Below, in pieces: positions 39,667 to 50,299 of a DNA stretch of 64,000 nucleotides (positions are counted from its first letter, which is position 1; the number at the start of each line of letters is the position of its first letter). The DNA lies in the NCBI GenBank assembly GCA_002402635.1, contig DHGE01000048.1, positions 5,154-69,153 on the forward strand. Reading direction: 5' to 3'. This DNA is from Deferribacterales bacterium UBA4806. GTDB taxonomy: Bacteria > Chrysiogenota > Deferribacteres > Deferribacterales > UBA228. The notes under the pieces were generated by a model. That model had not been told where the DNA came from and did not search any database. It worked only from the letters and a program-made list of their open reading frames with translations. Made by a program: the position numbers and the translations under genes.

Positions 39667-41021
39667 TAAATACTCTCCAGTAACCGTTCAATTTCATTTT
39701 TTGCTACATCTTCTAAGTGAATAGCGAATTCATTAATTGCATCTCTATTATTACCTTCTAACATAATACGCAGTGTACTTTCTGTCCCAGAATATCTCAA
39801 TAAAACTCGTCCTTCATTTTTTAATTTACCTTCAATTGCCTTTAATAATTTATTAGTATTACGTAATTTATCTAATGATATTTTTTTTTGTACCTTTAGA
39901 TTTTTTTGAACTTGAGGTAAGAGCTGTATACTTCTTTTTATTTCACTTAAAGGCTTACCTGTTTTTATTATAATTTTAAGTAGTTGCAATGCACTAATCA
40001 AGCCATCGCCAGTAGAATTATAATCCAAGAAGACAATATGTCCAGACTGTTCACCGCCTAATCTAATATTTTCTTTCAACATTGTTTCAACAACATATCT
40101 GTCCCCAACAGGACATCTCAAAACTTCAATTCCATGCTTTCTTAGACTAAGAGTCAAACCAAGATTACTCAAAACTGTAGTTACAACCGCTGGTTTATTT
40201 AATTTATTGTTATTTTTCATGTATATTGCGCAAATCCCCATAATAACATCACCATCCACTACCTCTCCATTTTCATCGACAAAAATAACTCTATCACCAT
40301 CTCCATCAAAGGTTATTCCCAGGTTAGCTTTTTCTTCAAGCACCTTTTCTGCAACAATTTCTGGATGTATGGAACCACAATTTAAATTGATATTATAGCC
40401 ATCAGGTTTATTATTAATTATTATAACATCTGCACCTAATTCAACTAAAGTCAAAGGTGCAACCTTGTACGCAGCTCCGTTGGCACAATCTACAACAATT
40501 TTTAATCCTTTAAGACTGATATCTTTATCAAATGTAGTTTTTGAATATTCTACATACCTCCAAATAGCTGTTTCAATTCTATAAGCTTTACCTAAATTAT
40601 TAGGATCAACTTCTAAAGAATTGATTAAATATTCTTCAATTCTCTCTTCTAAAAAATCTGAGAGTTTAAATCCTTCTCCAGAAAAAAACTTTATACCATT
40701 ATCATAATAGGGATTATGTGATGCTGAAATAACAACACCAGCATCAGCTCTTAAACTCTTTGTTAAATATGCTATTGCAGGTGTAGGAAGAACTCCAACT
40801 AATATTGCGTTTATTCCCATAGAGCAAATACCTGCAACAATAGCATTCTCATAAATATATCCAGAGATTCTTGTATCTTTACCAATGACAATAGAATGCT
40901 TTTTGTCACCATTTCTAAAGACTTTTGCAGTAGCCTGGCCCAATTTTAATACAAAATCTACTGTTAAAGGTCTTGTATTTGCCCTCCCTCTAATACCATC
41001 TGTTCCAAAATACTTCTTCAT
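39666..41021 (-). CDS. glmM: Phosphoglucosamine mutase
   Basis: 451 aa. Phosphoserine loop ISASHNPYYDNGIKF, metal loop FDGDGDR, and GEQSGH. Confidence 0.95.
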   Translation of the reverse strand: MKKYFGTDGIRGRANTRPLTVDFVLKLGQATAKVFRNGDKKHSIVIGKDTRISGYIYENAIVAGICSMGINAILVGVLPTPAIAYLTKSLRADAGVVISASHNPYYDNGIKFFSGEGFKLSDFLEERIEEYLINSLEVDPNNLGKAYRIETAIWRYVEYSKTTFDKDISLKGLKIVVDCANGAAYKVAPLTLVELGADVIIINNKPDGYNINLNCGSIHPEIVAEKVLEEKANLGITFDGDGDRVIFVDENGEVVDGDVIMGICAIYMKNNNKLNKPAVVTTVLSNLGLTLSLRKHGIEVLRCPVGDRYVVETMLKENIRLGGEQSGHIVFLDYNSTGDGLISALQLLKIIIKTGKPLSEIKRSIQLLPQVQKNLKVQKKISLDKLRNTNKLLKAIEGKLKNEGRVLLRYSGTESTLRIMLEGNNRDAINEFAIHLEDVAKNEIERLLESI

Positions 41022-41941
41022 TACTCAACCTCAACTCTAATTACTTCTGGGATAATATATACAACTTCTATTTTTTTGTTTAGTAACCTATAGGTTACGT
41101 TTTTAATATATGTTCCTGGATTGTCTATATTATCTAGTTCAACATAGACTTCAATCAGAGATTTTATATCATTCTCTGCTAAAATATCCGATCTTCCTCT
41201 TAGTTTCACTCTAACTCTGTTAGGTGTATAATTTTTAACCCTATATGAAGTTTTATTATGTATTTCTACAGGCACATCTTTATGTTCCTTTTCTACTATT
41301 TCTTCTTCTATATTTATTTCAACATGTACAGATTGTGGAACAATATCCTTTATCCCTTCAACTAATTTTATTGGAATTTCAAGTCTTTCATCTTCTGTCA
41401 CCTCAGATATATTTATTGGTACTGTTTCTAAATAAGTTAAATTATTTAATATTGTTAAAGCTCCTCTTGCTTTAGCAAATTCTGGATTCACTTTAGCACT
41501 TTCTATATATAATCCACTTTTTGTTTTTCCTATTATATGTGGCATTACTTTAAGATTTTTTTCAATTATTTTATCTATATATACTTCTATTTCTTTTGGC
41601 TGATAATTCAATATCTCAACACCAGGAGGAGTTTTAATATCCTTTTCTTTCACAATATATCTATTTTTTCCAGGTTGAAATGATGACACATCAATTTCAA
41701 CTTTAACATTTTTTGAGTCGATACCATTTAAAACAAGACTACTTCCCTTTAATGCTAAATTAATCATATGTTCATCAGTAAGAGCAACATAACCCTTTTT
41801 CAAATGGTCAATATCAATTGGTGCATATACAGAGGTTGTTATATATTCGGAAGATGATACTAAAAACCATAGGAAAAGTGCAAACACAAAACTAGCTATT
41901 TTTATACCAATATTTTTTTTAATATCTATCTTAATTTTCAT
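41021..41941 (-). CDS. cdaR: YbbR-domain protein (CdaR, regulator of diadenylate cyclase CdaA)
   Basis: 306 aa with an N-terminal TM followed by repeated beta-rich modules. It has the conserved position between cdaA and glmM. Confidence 0.7.
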   Translation of the reverse strand: MKIKIDIKKNIGIKIASFVFALFLWFLVSSSEYITTSVYAPIDIDHLKKGYVALTDEHMINLALKGSSLVLNGIDSKNVKVEIDVSSFQPGKNRYIVKEKDIKTPPGVEILNYQPKEIEVYIDKIIEKNLKVMPHIIGKTKSGLYIESAKVNPEFAKARGALTILNNLTYLETVPINISEVTEDERLEIPIKLVEGIKDIVPQSVHVEINIEEEIVEKEHKDVPVEIHNKTSYRVKNYTPNRVRVKLRGRSDILAENDIKSLIEVYVELDNIDNPGTYIKNVTYRLLNKKIEVVYIIPEVIRVEVE

Positions 41942-42713
41942 TATTACCTGACTTGTTATTTTTATTAGTAATTAATGAAATTAAAGTATCTCTTAACATG
42001 TCAACATCTAAATCTGCTGTTATCTTTCCTCCATATGCAATTGATATTGTCCCCCTTTCTTCACTAACTACTATACAGATAGCATCGCTATCTTCAGTTA
42101 TACCAATAGCAGCTCTATGTCTTGTTCCAAATCTTTTATCTAAATTTTCTTTTTTCGTTAATGGTAAAATAGTTCCAGCATAGGTAATTCTATTGTCTGA
42201 TATAATAACAGCTCCATCATGAAGCGGTGAATAAGGTATAAACAAACTTATTAATATATCTCTAGAAATTGCAGCATCTAATTTAGTCCCTGCTTGAATG
42301 AATTCAGATATGTCTGTGTTTCTCTCAATCACTATTAAAGCCCCAATTTGCCTGTTAGCAAGAACAGTAACTGCACGTATAATTTCTTCTAAATACAACT
42401 CTAGACCAGCTATTTTTGAACCACTTTTTATCCGAGGTTCACCTAGCAAAGCCAATGCTTTTCTTAATTCTGGCTGAAAAACTATAATTAATATTAAAAA
42501 TAAATAAGACGTAAATCCATCAAGTAGCCAACTTGTAGTTTTTAAATGAAATAAATTAGATATAAAAGAAGCAATCAACAACAAAAGAATTCCAAAAAAC
42601 ATATATAATGCCTTGCTGCCTTTGAATAAAAGAAATAATCTATATGAAATATAAGTTATTATTATGATATCAATTAAATCAATAATACCAAAACTTTTAA
42701 ATAACCCTATCAT
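41931..42713 (-). CDS. cdaA: Diadenylate cyclase CdaA (DisA_N/DAC domain, membrane anchored)
   Basis: 260 aa. Three N-terminal TM segments and DAC motifs PLHDGAVII and RFGTRHRAAIG. Confidence 0.9.
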   Translation of the reverse strand: MIGLFKSFGIIDLIDIIIITYISYRLFLLFKGSKALYMFFGILLLLIASFISNLFHLKTTSWLLDGFTSYLFLILIIVFQPELRKALALLGEPRIKSGSKIAGLELYLEEIIRAVTVLANRQIGALIVIERNTDISEFIQAGTKLDAAISRDILISLFIPYSPLHDGAVIISDNRITYAGTILPLTKKENLDKRFGTRHRAAIGITEDSDAICIVVSEERGTISIAYGGKITADLDVDMLRDTLISLITNKNNKSGNNEN

Positions 42714-43908
42714 AACTACCCAAAATTTTACTCATAATAGCAATTAGGTCCTTTGATTCATTAATATCATGAGATCTTATGATATTTGCACCATTCTGTA
42801 GCGCAACGGTCTCCAATATCTTTGAGCCCAAAGTTCTATTTTCAATTGGATTGCCTGTTAATTCCCCAATTATTGATTTTTTAGATATTCCCACCATAAT
42901 TGGCTTTCTTAGACTTTGAAATTCAGATAAATATTTTAATAAATGAATATTATGATCTAAGGTTTTACCAAAACCAAATCCTGGATCAATAATTATCCTA
43001 TTTTCATTTATACCATTATTTTTAGCTTTTTCGATTGCTCTATATAAATATAAATACACTTCATCTACAACATCTTTGTAGGATGGATTTATTTGCATAT
43101 TCTCTGGTGTTCCCTTCATATGCATTATGCACAAAGAAGCATTATATTTACTTATAACACTTGGTAGTTTTTCATCAAAGGATAGTCCGCTGACATCATT
43201 GATTATATGAGATCCAATATCCAAGGCTTTTAAAGCTACTTCAGATTTATAGGTATCCACTGAAACCTTAAAACCTATTTTTAAAGCATATTCGATAGCA
43301 AACTTTATCCGATCCCACTCCTCTAAAGCATCAATTCTTTTGCTAAAAGGTCTTGTTGACTCACCACCAATGTCTACTAGACATACACCTTTACTTCTAA
43401 TTTCATTTAATCGCTTTACGATATCTTCTCTATTTAAATACTTTCCACCATCGCTAAAAGAATCAGGAGTTACATTTAAAATAGCCATAAACTGCGGCTT
43501 TTCTAAAGATAATATTTCATCTCCCAAAAATATTGAAGGTTTATATTTTTCCAACAATAGTTCCATTTCCACGGCTAACTCTTTGAGGCCAAAGGGTTGG
43601 AGTTTTAGTTTTTCTATTAGCTTCTTAAGTCCATGCCTATGTGCCAAAATACACAACTCAGAAATAGGCTTTGTGCAATCTACAACACCCCTAGCTACTG
43701 CTGCATCAATGCCCACAGCTAAGGACTCTTGTTTAATAATATTAGCTTGGCATGGGGTAACTCCGCTTATGCTTAAATTTATAGTTAATCCTTTATTAAT
43801 AAGATAAAATGCATATGGATCAACTCCAATATTTTTTATTTTAATACATAGTCTATCCTCATTAGCTGATATTATTTTCATCATTTGCAATTTCACCACT
43901 TGTGCCAT
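42697..43908 (-). CDS. folP: Dihydropteroate synthase with an extra N-terminal domain of about 135 aa
   Basis: 403 aa. The pterin-binding domain starts near residue 138 ([15 protein letters not shown]; DIGGESTRP; IINDVSG; DPGFGFGK). All candidate start codons overlap the ftsH stop. Confidence 0.85.
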   Translation of the reverse strand: MAQVVKLQMMKIISANEDRLCIKIKNIGVDPYAFYLINKGLTINLSISGVTPCQANIIKQESLAVGIDAAVARGVVDCTKPISELCILAHRHGLKKLIEKLKLQPFGLKELAVEMELLLEKYKPSIFLGDEILSLEKPQFMAILNVTPDSFSDGGKYLNREDIVKRLNEIRSKGVCLVDIGGESTRPFSKRIDALEEWDRIKFAIEYALKIGFKVSVDTYKSEVALKALDIGSHIINDVSGLSFDEKLPSVISKYNASLCIMHMKGTPENMQINPSYKDVVDEVYLYLYRAIEKAKNNGINENRIIIDPGFGFGKTLDHNIHLLKYLSEFQSLRKPIMVGISKKSIIGELTGNPIENRTLGSKILETVALQNGANIIRSHDINESKDLIAIMSKILGSYDRVI

Positions 43909-45688
43909 TTAGCAAAGCATCAATCTGATTACTGTCAATTGTTTCTTTCTCTAGTAACAATTTTGCTGTTCTATCAACAACTTCACGATGCTGTTCTAAA
44001 ATATTTTTAGCTTTTTTATAACATAATAACACTATATTTTTAATTTCTTCATCAATCATTACTGCCGTTTTCTCGCTATAGTCTTTATGAGTAGCTAACT
44101 CTTTGCCTAAAAATATTGCCTCATCCTTTTTCCCAAATGTTAGAGGCCCTAATTTGTCGCTCATTCCCCAATTGCAAACCATTTTTCTAGCTAAATCAGT
44201 GGCTCTCTCAATATCATTGCCAGCCCCAGTAGAAATGTCTCCAAAAATAATTTCTTCTGCAATACGACCCCCCATAAGAACTGTTATTGCGCCATATAAG
44301 TAGTCTTTCGTTAGTAAATATTTATCGTCTTTTGGTAACTGTTGTGTTATACCAAGCGCAAGTCCTCTTGGTATAATTGAAACTTTATGGACTGGGTCGC
44401 TACCTGGTGTTAATTTTGCGACAATCGCATGCCCAGCTTCGTGGTAGGCTATTCTTTTTTTCTCATTTTCAGTTATTACTAAACTTCTACGCTCTTTTCC
44501 CATCATTATTTTATCTTTTGCTTCTTCAAAATCTTCCATGGTTGCTTTCTTTTTATTTTTTCTTGCAGCGATTAAGGCAGCTTCATTTACAAGATTTGCA
44601 AGGTCAGCACCAGCAAAACCAGGAGTTCCTTTAGCAATAATTTCTAAATTAACATCATCATCCATTTGTATTTTTTTTGAATGAACTTTTAATATTTCAA
44701 GCCTTCCTTTAACATCAGGTCTTGGGACAACAACTTGTCTATCAAACCTTCCAGGTCGAAGTAATGCTGGATCTAATACATCAGGTCTATTTGTTGCAGA
44801 AATTAATATGACACCCTCATTTGATTCAAAACCGTCCATTTCCACAAGTAATTGATTGAGTGTCTGTTCTCTTTCATCATGTCCTCCACCAAGGCCAGCT
44901 CCTCTATGACGCCCCACAGCATCGATTTCATCAATAAAAATAATACATGGTGCATGTTTTTTACCCTGTTCAAATAGGTCTCTAACCCTTGCTGCACCAA
45001 CACCAACAAACATTTCTACAAATTCTGATCCACTTATACTAAAAAAAGGCACCCCAGCTTCTCCTGCCACTGCTTTTGCTAACAATGTTTTACCTGTTCC
45101 TGGAGGTCCAATAAGTAATACACCCTTTGGAATTTTTCCTCCCACTTTTTGAAATTTTTGTGGATCCTTTAAGAATTCTATAATTTCCTGTAATTCTTCC
45201 TTTGCCTCATCGACACCTGCAACATCGTTAAAAGTAACCTTCTGCTGATCGTGAGTCAAAAGTTTTGCTCTACTTTTTCCAAAACTAAAGGCTTTACCTC
45301 CTGCCCCCTGCATTTGTCTCATGAAAAAAATCCATATACCAATTAATAGTAAAAATGGTAACCATGATATTAATAGCTGTAGATACCAAGGACTATGTTC
45401 AGGTGGCTTCGCATATATCTGAACCTTGTTTTCTCTTAATATTTTAACTAACTCTGGATCATCTGGTGCTACTGTTTCAAAACTTTTTCCATCTTTAAAC
45501 TCACCTTCTACTATATTCGATTTTATAGTAACTGATTTTACATGTCCATTTTCAACATTATCTATAAACTCTGTATATGAAATTTTTTCCTTAGTTGTTG
45601 TTGTCGTATTAAAAAAGTTAAACAGTACAACCATTATGAGAGCTATAACAAACCAGAGCATTAAATTTTTATACACGTTATTCATCAA
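43862..45688 (-). CDS. ftsH: ATP-dependent zinc metalloprotease FtsH
   Basis: 608 aa. Two TM segments, AAA motifs [13 protein letters not shown] and IIFIDEIDA, and the zinc site HEAGHA. Confidence 0.97.
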   Translation of the reverse strand: MMNNVYKNLMLWFVIALIMVVLFNFFNTTTTTKEKISYTEFIDNVENGHVKSVTIKSNIVEGEFKDGKSFETVAPDDPELVKILRENKVQIYAKPPEHSPWYLQLLISWLPFLLLIGIWIFFMRQMQGAGGKAFSFGKSRAKLLTHDQQKVTFNDVAGVDEAKEELQEIIEFLKDPQKFQKVGGKIPKGVLLIGPPGTGKTLLAKAVAGEAGVPFFSISGSEFVEMFVGVGAARVRDLFEQGKKHAPCIIFIDEIDAVGRHRGAGLGGGHDEREQTLNQLLVEMDGFESNEGVILISATNRPDVLDPALLRPGRFDRQVVVPRPDVKGRLEILKVHSKKIQMDDDVNLEIIAKGTPGFAGADLANLVNEAALIAARKNKKKATMEDFEEAKDKIMMGKERRSLVITENEKKRIAYHEAGHAIVAKLTPGSDPVHKVSIIPRGLALGITQQLPKDDKYLLTKDYLYGAITVLMGGRIAEEIIFGDISTGAGNDIERATDLARKMVCNWGMSDKLGPLTFGKKDEAIFLGKELATHKDYSEKTAVMIDEEIKNIVLLCYKKAKNILEQHREVVDRTAKLLLEKETIDSNQIDALLNGTSGEIANDENNIS

Positions 45689-45698
45689 ACCTCCTGAT

Positions 45699-46229
45699 TC
45701 ATTTGAATACTATTTTGTAAATATCCTGCAGATTTCTATATCTACCCGCATAATCTAATCCATAACCAACTACAAAATGGTCTGGTATTGTGAATCCCTT
45801 ATAGTTAGCCTCTATATCTACCAATCTTCTAGATGGCTTGTCTAATAAACAACAGAGATTGATACTTTTTGGTTTTCTAATTGTAAATAGTTCTTTGAGA
45901 TGTTTTAGTGTTAACCCTGTATCTATAATATCTTCGACTAAAAAAACATCTCTGCCGGCTAAAGGTACATCTATATCCCATAACAACCTAACAACTCCAT
46001 TTGTTTCTGTTTTATTTCTATAACTTGATACTGCTATGAAACTAATTTCTAAGGGCAACTCAATTGCTCTAACAACATCAGCAAGAAATATCCAAGCACC
46101 TTTTAAAACCCCAACAAATAAAAGCCTTTCAGAATTTTTATAATCAAAGGAGATCTTTTCAGCAATATCTTTTATTTTTGATTTTATATCTTTTTTATCA
46201 ATAAATTTTTCTAATACATAATCGGCCAT
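45699..46229 (-). CDS. hpt: Hypoxanthine phosphoribosyltransferase
   Basis: 176 aa. PRPP-binding loop [13 protein letters not shown]. It lies between tilS and ftsH, as in many bacteria. Confidence 0.9.
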   Translation of the reverse strand: MADYVLEKFIDKKDIKSKIKDIAEKISFDYKNSERLLFVGVLKGAWIFLADVVRAIELPLEISFIAVSSYRNKTETNGVVRLLWDIDVPLAGRDVFLVEDIIDTGLTLKHLKELFTIRKPKSINLCCLLDKPSRRLVDIEANYKGFTIPDHFVVGYGLDYAGRYRNLQDIYKIVFK

Positions 46230-47453
46230 TTAAGACTCCTTAACTTGAACACCTTTGTTTTCGCATATATGTTCAACCCACAGGATATTGTCATGATCTT
46301 CAACAATTATAGATGTATCTCTATCAAATAGATCTAATTTTTTATTAATAAACAGATCTTTAAGTTTTTTCCCAGAGAATCTATCACCTCTCCTCCTGTT
46401 CCTTAGTGTTAATCTTTTATCTTTTAAATATTCATCAAAGTGAATTGTCTTTTTTAAGTGACTAATTTCAACTGTTTTATCATTTTTTTCCTTATAAATG
46501 TTAAAATAATCTATAATTTCTTTTTTATATATATAAACATATTTTATAGACTTTTCAAAAACGTATCCACCTTGGATATTAATTCTTTTTGAATCTTTTG
46601 CCCACAATATTTTATCTATTTCATTAAAGATGTTTTTCGAAATATAAAGTGGTATTAATTGAGATAGGTAGAATCTTCTCTCTACATCATCTAAATCAAG
46701 AAATTTATCTTTTAATATTTTAATAACGCCATTATTTATTTCGTATGGCAGTTTAATGTTTTTTGCCATATATTTAGCTAAAAGCTCTGATTCCTCCTGT
46801 ATTATCGAAATTTTATGTAAAAATGACAAATCTTTTTCTTCAATATTTTTAATCAGAGTTCCTCTAATCCAATTCCTTAAATAATTATTATCAAAATTCG
46901 TTTTATCTGTAATAAAAGTTAAATCATTTTTATGCAGATACTCAAGAATCTCTGCAACAGTAATGTTCAACATTGGTCTATCTATAATAGTTGAATTGTT
47001 AAAACCTTTAAGTCTAAAAATAGATGTCCCTCTGAAGATTTTTATAAAGAAATTTTCTATCAAATCATTAAAGTTGTGTGCAACTAAAATGTAATCACAT
47101 AAATATTTTTGTCTAATATCATGCAAGGCTTCATACCGCAGTATTCTTGCAGATTCTTCAATACTTGTCTTTTCTTTAGACACATATTTCTTTGTATCCA
47201 CAGATTTCACAATTAAAGGCAAACCATTTTTTTTGCAAAAGTTACTGCAGTGTGAAATATCAAAAGTAGCATCATCTCTTATATTATGATTTATGTAAGC
47301 AGGTATTAAAGTATATTCAAAGTTGTCTCTCTGCATATGTAGGTAATGTAACAGAGCGGTTGAATCCTTGCCGCCAGAATAGGCAACAAGTAATTTTTTA
47401 TTTTTATATTTAGCTAATTTTGGTAGTAGTTTCTTCTCAAATAATAAGATCAT
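46230..47453 (-). CDS. tilS: tRNA(Ile)-lysidine synthase
   Basis: 407 aa. N-terminal PP-loop VAYSGGKDS, with conserved tilS-hpt-ftsH synteny. Confidence 0.85.
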   Translation of the reverse strand: MILLFEKKLLPKLAKYKNKKLLVAYSGGKDSTALLHYLHMQRDNFEYTLIPAYINHNIRDDATFDISHCSNFCKKNGLPLIVKSVDTKKYVSKEKTSIEESARILRYEALHDIRQKYLCDYILVAHNFNDLIENFFIKIFRGTSIFRLKGFNNSTIIDRPMLNITVAEILEYLHKNDLTFITDKTNFDNNYLRNWIRGTLIKNIEEKDLSFLHKISIIQEESELLAKYMAKNIKLPYEINNGVIKILKDKFLDLDDVERRFYLSQLIPLYISKNIFNEIDKILWAKDSKRINIQGGYVFEKSIKYVYIYKKEIIDYFNIYKEKNDKTVEISHLKKTIHFDEYLKDKRLTLRNRRRGDRFSGKKLKDLFINKKLDLFDRDTSIIVEDHDNILWVEHICENKGVQVKES

Positions 47454-48792
47454 CTTCTTTTAAATATGTCTCTTCGAACTCTTTCCTTTTTTCCTCATAT
47501 CCAGCACGACCCATTAGTCCATAGGCAAATTTTTTCCCTTCTTCTACACCTGGCTGATTAAATGGGTCTATATCATAAGTGTAACCTATAACTGGTACAA
47601 CATATTGATAAAGCATAAATAAATAACCCAATGTGTATTCATCTATATTTTCTATTTTAATTTTTATTGAAGATTTATTTTCCTTTTTTAAAGCAAGTTC
47701 TGTAGATTTAAGTTCTATGTTGATTAACTCTCCAATTTTTTTCTCTTTTAGATAATCAAATTCTCTTATGTATATTTTTTGCAAGTTTATTTCAAAATCA
47801 TGGTTCTCTACTTCAATAAATGTGATTATCTTATCAGATGGTCCTTCTTTAAATAATTGCATTAAAGAATGTTGATCATTTGCTCCTAATGATGGTAGTG
47901 GTGTGGTGCCAAAATTAATTACATCTCCATGTAAGTTATATTTTTTCCCTAAACTTTCTGCCCATAATTGGCAAAACCATCTCCCAAAAGCATTTAATCT
48001 TGATGAATATGGCATTATTACATTAATGTTATATTTTTTCTCAATATAATATATATATACTGCTGCAAGATAGAGTATTTTTTCATAGTTATTCATAGTT
48101 ACTTCCTTGGCACCTTGAAGAAACTTATTTATATCCATACCTAAAATCGCAGCAGGCAACATACCAACTGGTGAAAGAACTGAATATCTACCTCCAACAT
48201 TTAATGGAATATCAAATATATTAAAATTTTTTTCCTTTGCAAATTTACGAAGTGGATTATCGGCATTATCAGTAATGATAACAATATGTTCTTTTATATC
48301 TTCCACTTCTTCTTCAAGCCAATTATATATGTACATAAAATTACTAATTGTTTCAACTGTGCTCCCTGATTTAGTTATAACACACACAACAGTATCTTGA
48401 GGAACACAATTTTTTGTTATCCAGTAACTTTTATATGGGTCCACATTGTCTGCAATCCATACTCTAGGATATCCACCCCTTTCACTAAAGGAAAGTGAAT
48501 TATAGCCATATGGCAGAATAGCATCAGCTATTGCTTCAAATCCAAGTGAAGAACCTCCAATGCCTACCACAATCAAATCATTGAATTTTCCTGAGACAGA
48601 TTTAATAAAGTTCTTAATATTGCTATAATCATTTTCAATTAACTTAGTAAATCCTATTTTATTTTCCTCTACATCTTTTATTAATTGCGACAAGCCTTTT
48701 TGGGCTTTATTTTTATAATCTTCAATATTTTCAATTCCACCTTGTATATACTTACTTATTGCATAATTAATATCAATATCAACTTTTTCCAT
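47437..48792 (-). CDS. pgi: Glucose-6-phosphate isomerase
   Basis: 451 aa. PGI SIS-type blocks VVGIGGSSLG and ITKSGSTVET, and a later GANDQHS block. Confidence 0.85.
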   Translation of the reverse strand: MEKVDIDINYAISKYIQGGIENIEDYKNKAQKGLSQLIKDVEENKIGFTKLIENDYSNIKNFIKSVSGKFNDLIVVGIGGSSLGFEAIADAILPYGYNSLSFSERGGYPRVWIADNVDPYKSYWITKNCVPQDTVVCVITKSGSTVETISNFMYIYNWLEEEVEDIKEHIVIITDNADNPLRKFAKEKNFNIFDIPLNVGGRYSVLSPVGMLPAAILGMDINKFLQGAKEVTMNNYEKILYLAAVYIYYIEKKYNINVIMPYSSRLNAFGRWFCQLWAESLGKKYNLHGDVINFGTTPLPSLGANDQHSLMQLFKEGPSDKIITFIEVENHDFEINLQKIYIREFDYLKEKKIGELINIELKSTELALKKENKSSIKIKIENIDEYTLGYLFMLYQYVVPVIGYTYDIDPFNQPGVEEGKKFAYGLMGRAGYEEKRKEFEETYLKEDDLII

Positions 48793-48836
48793 GCGATACC
48801 TCCTATAAGGTGCATTTCTTTTCTGATGAATGAAAA

Positions 48837-50063
48837 TTATTTATAATCTAAGTATTTTAAAACTTTAGAGTAATTCAACCCATTTTTATGTTTTATTATA
48901 TTCCTATATAACATATTCAGTTTAATTAAACCATAATAAATTCCAGCTTCATCAGTGTTATTTATCATAACAACACCTTTTAATTTGCCTGCATCATCAA
49001 TATAATATTTTCTATAGGTATCTGTTAAAGGATTATAGTTTTTTTCACTCTCATATATGTCATCATCAATTATACCAATAACAGCAACACCAACACCAAA
49101 TATCTTTGTAATATTGCATTTAATACTTCCTTCGTAAGCCACTTTTTGCCCTAACATATTTTTTGCAGCTATTTCAGCCTGTTCCACAGCCGTTAACCAG
49201 TTACCCTGGATTATTTTTCTATTTGTAGCAAATTCAAATCCTTCTGCAACATCACCTGCAGCATATATATCTGGATCATTTGTTCTGCAATATTCATCTA
49301 TCAATACCCCACTATCAATATTTATACCGCTATCTCTTGCAAGCTCTGTATTGGGTTTAACACCTTTGCCAACAATAAGGCAATCAGAGAGCAAATTTAC
49401 ACCTGAACTCAAGTTAATAATAATTTTATCATTATTATTTTCAATACTTTCTATGTTTTCTTTTTTGTAAATATGTAAACCCCTTTTTACCAAAGAATTT
49501 TCAATAATTTCAGAAGATTCATTATCAAGAAGACGTGATAAAATTCTGTTTGATGAAATTATTAAATATTTTTTGACATTATCATCAAAATGTGACATCA
49601 TTGGAATTGTTACAAGACCTGCTCCAAAGCCTGCTACAATTTTTGAACGTAAAAAGTATTTTCTTAATTTTATAGCATCATTTAAATGTCTGAGGTTTGA
49701 AATATTATCACTTTTAAATCCAATTTTAATTGCTTCCGCACCATTTGCTATCAAAAGCATTTTATATTGTAGTATTTTACCATTAGATAAATGCACACCA
49801 TGTTTATTTCTGTCAATAAACGTGGCTTCACTACCAAAGTAGGTTGTTACTTTGTTTTTATTGTAATAATGTTCATCAACCATAAATAAGCCATTTACAT
49901 CAGTTTTACCACTAATATAATAGGGAGTAAGAACACGAGAGTAAGCCTTAGTATTCTCTCTATCAATTAAAGCAATTGATAGAGAACTATTGTATTTTCT
50001 TATTGTATTAACTGCACTTATAGCAGCTGCAGAATTCCCAATAATTACTATATCATATATCAT
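48837..50063 (-). CDS. FAD/NAD(P)-dependent pyridine nucleotide-disulfide-family oxidoreductase (AorC-like subunit candidate)
   Basis: 408 aa. N-terminal dinucleotide fold IVIIGNSAAAISA, a second fold near GFGAGLV, and AAGDVA. It follows the AOR and MoaD-like genes directly. Confidence 0.65.
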   Translation of the reverse strand: MIYDIVIIGNSAAAISAVNTIRKYNSSLSIALIDRENTKAYSRVLTPYYISGKTDVNGLFMVDEHYYNKNKVTTYFGSEATFIDRNKHGVHLSNGKILQYKMLLIANGAEAIKIGFKSDNISNLRHLNDAIKLRKYFLRSKIVAGFGAGLVTIPMMSHFDDNVKKYLIISSNRILSRLLDNESSEIIENSLVKRGLHIYKKENIESIENNNDKIIINLSSGVNLLSDCLIVGKGVKPNTELARDSGINIDSGVLIDEYCRTNDPDIYAAGDVAEGFEFATNRKIIQGNWLTAVEQAEIAAKNMLGQKVAYEGSIKCNITKIFGVGVAVIGIIDDDIYESEKNYNPLTDTYRKYYIDDAGKLKGVVMINNTDEAGIYYGLIKLNMLYRNIIKHKNGLNYSKVLKYLDYK

Positions 50064-50065
50064 TA

Positions 50066-50299
50066 TTATCCACCTGGATAACCTTTTCCACCAAACAAAA
50101 AGACGGAGACCTTATCCCCGTCTTTTAGTGGTTTACCATCAAAAGGTTTTCCATTTAACAGTATTTTAACATCATCTATTTGACAATTTTTTTTAAGTCT
50201 TATTTCATTTAAAATATTATCTAATTCACTATTATCGCAAATAACTTTACTATTGCCAAAAAGTTCTCTTAATGATCCAAAAAATTTAACAATCATCAT
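50066..50299 (-). CDS. MoaD/ThiS-family ubiquitin-like small protein
   Basis: 77 aa. The beta-grasp-like sequence ends in a C-terminal Gly-Gly (..GYPGG). It lies between the AOR and the flavoprotein gene. Confidence 0.6.
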   Translation of the reverse strand: MMIVKFFGSLRELFGNSKVICDNSELDNILNEIRLKKNCQIDDVKILLNGKPFDGKPLKDGDKVSVFLFGGKGYPGG

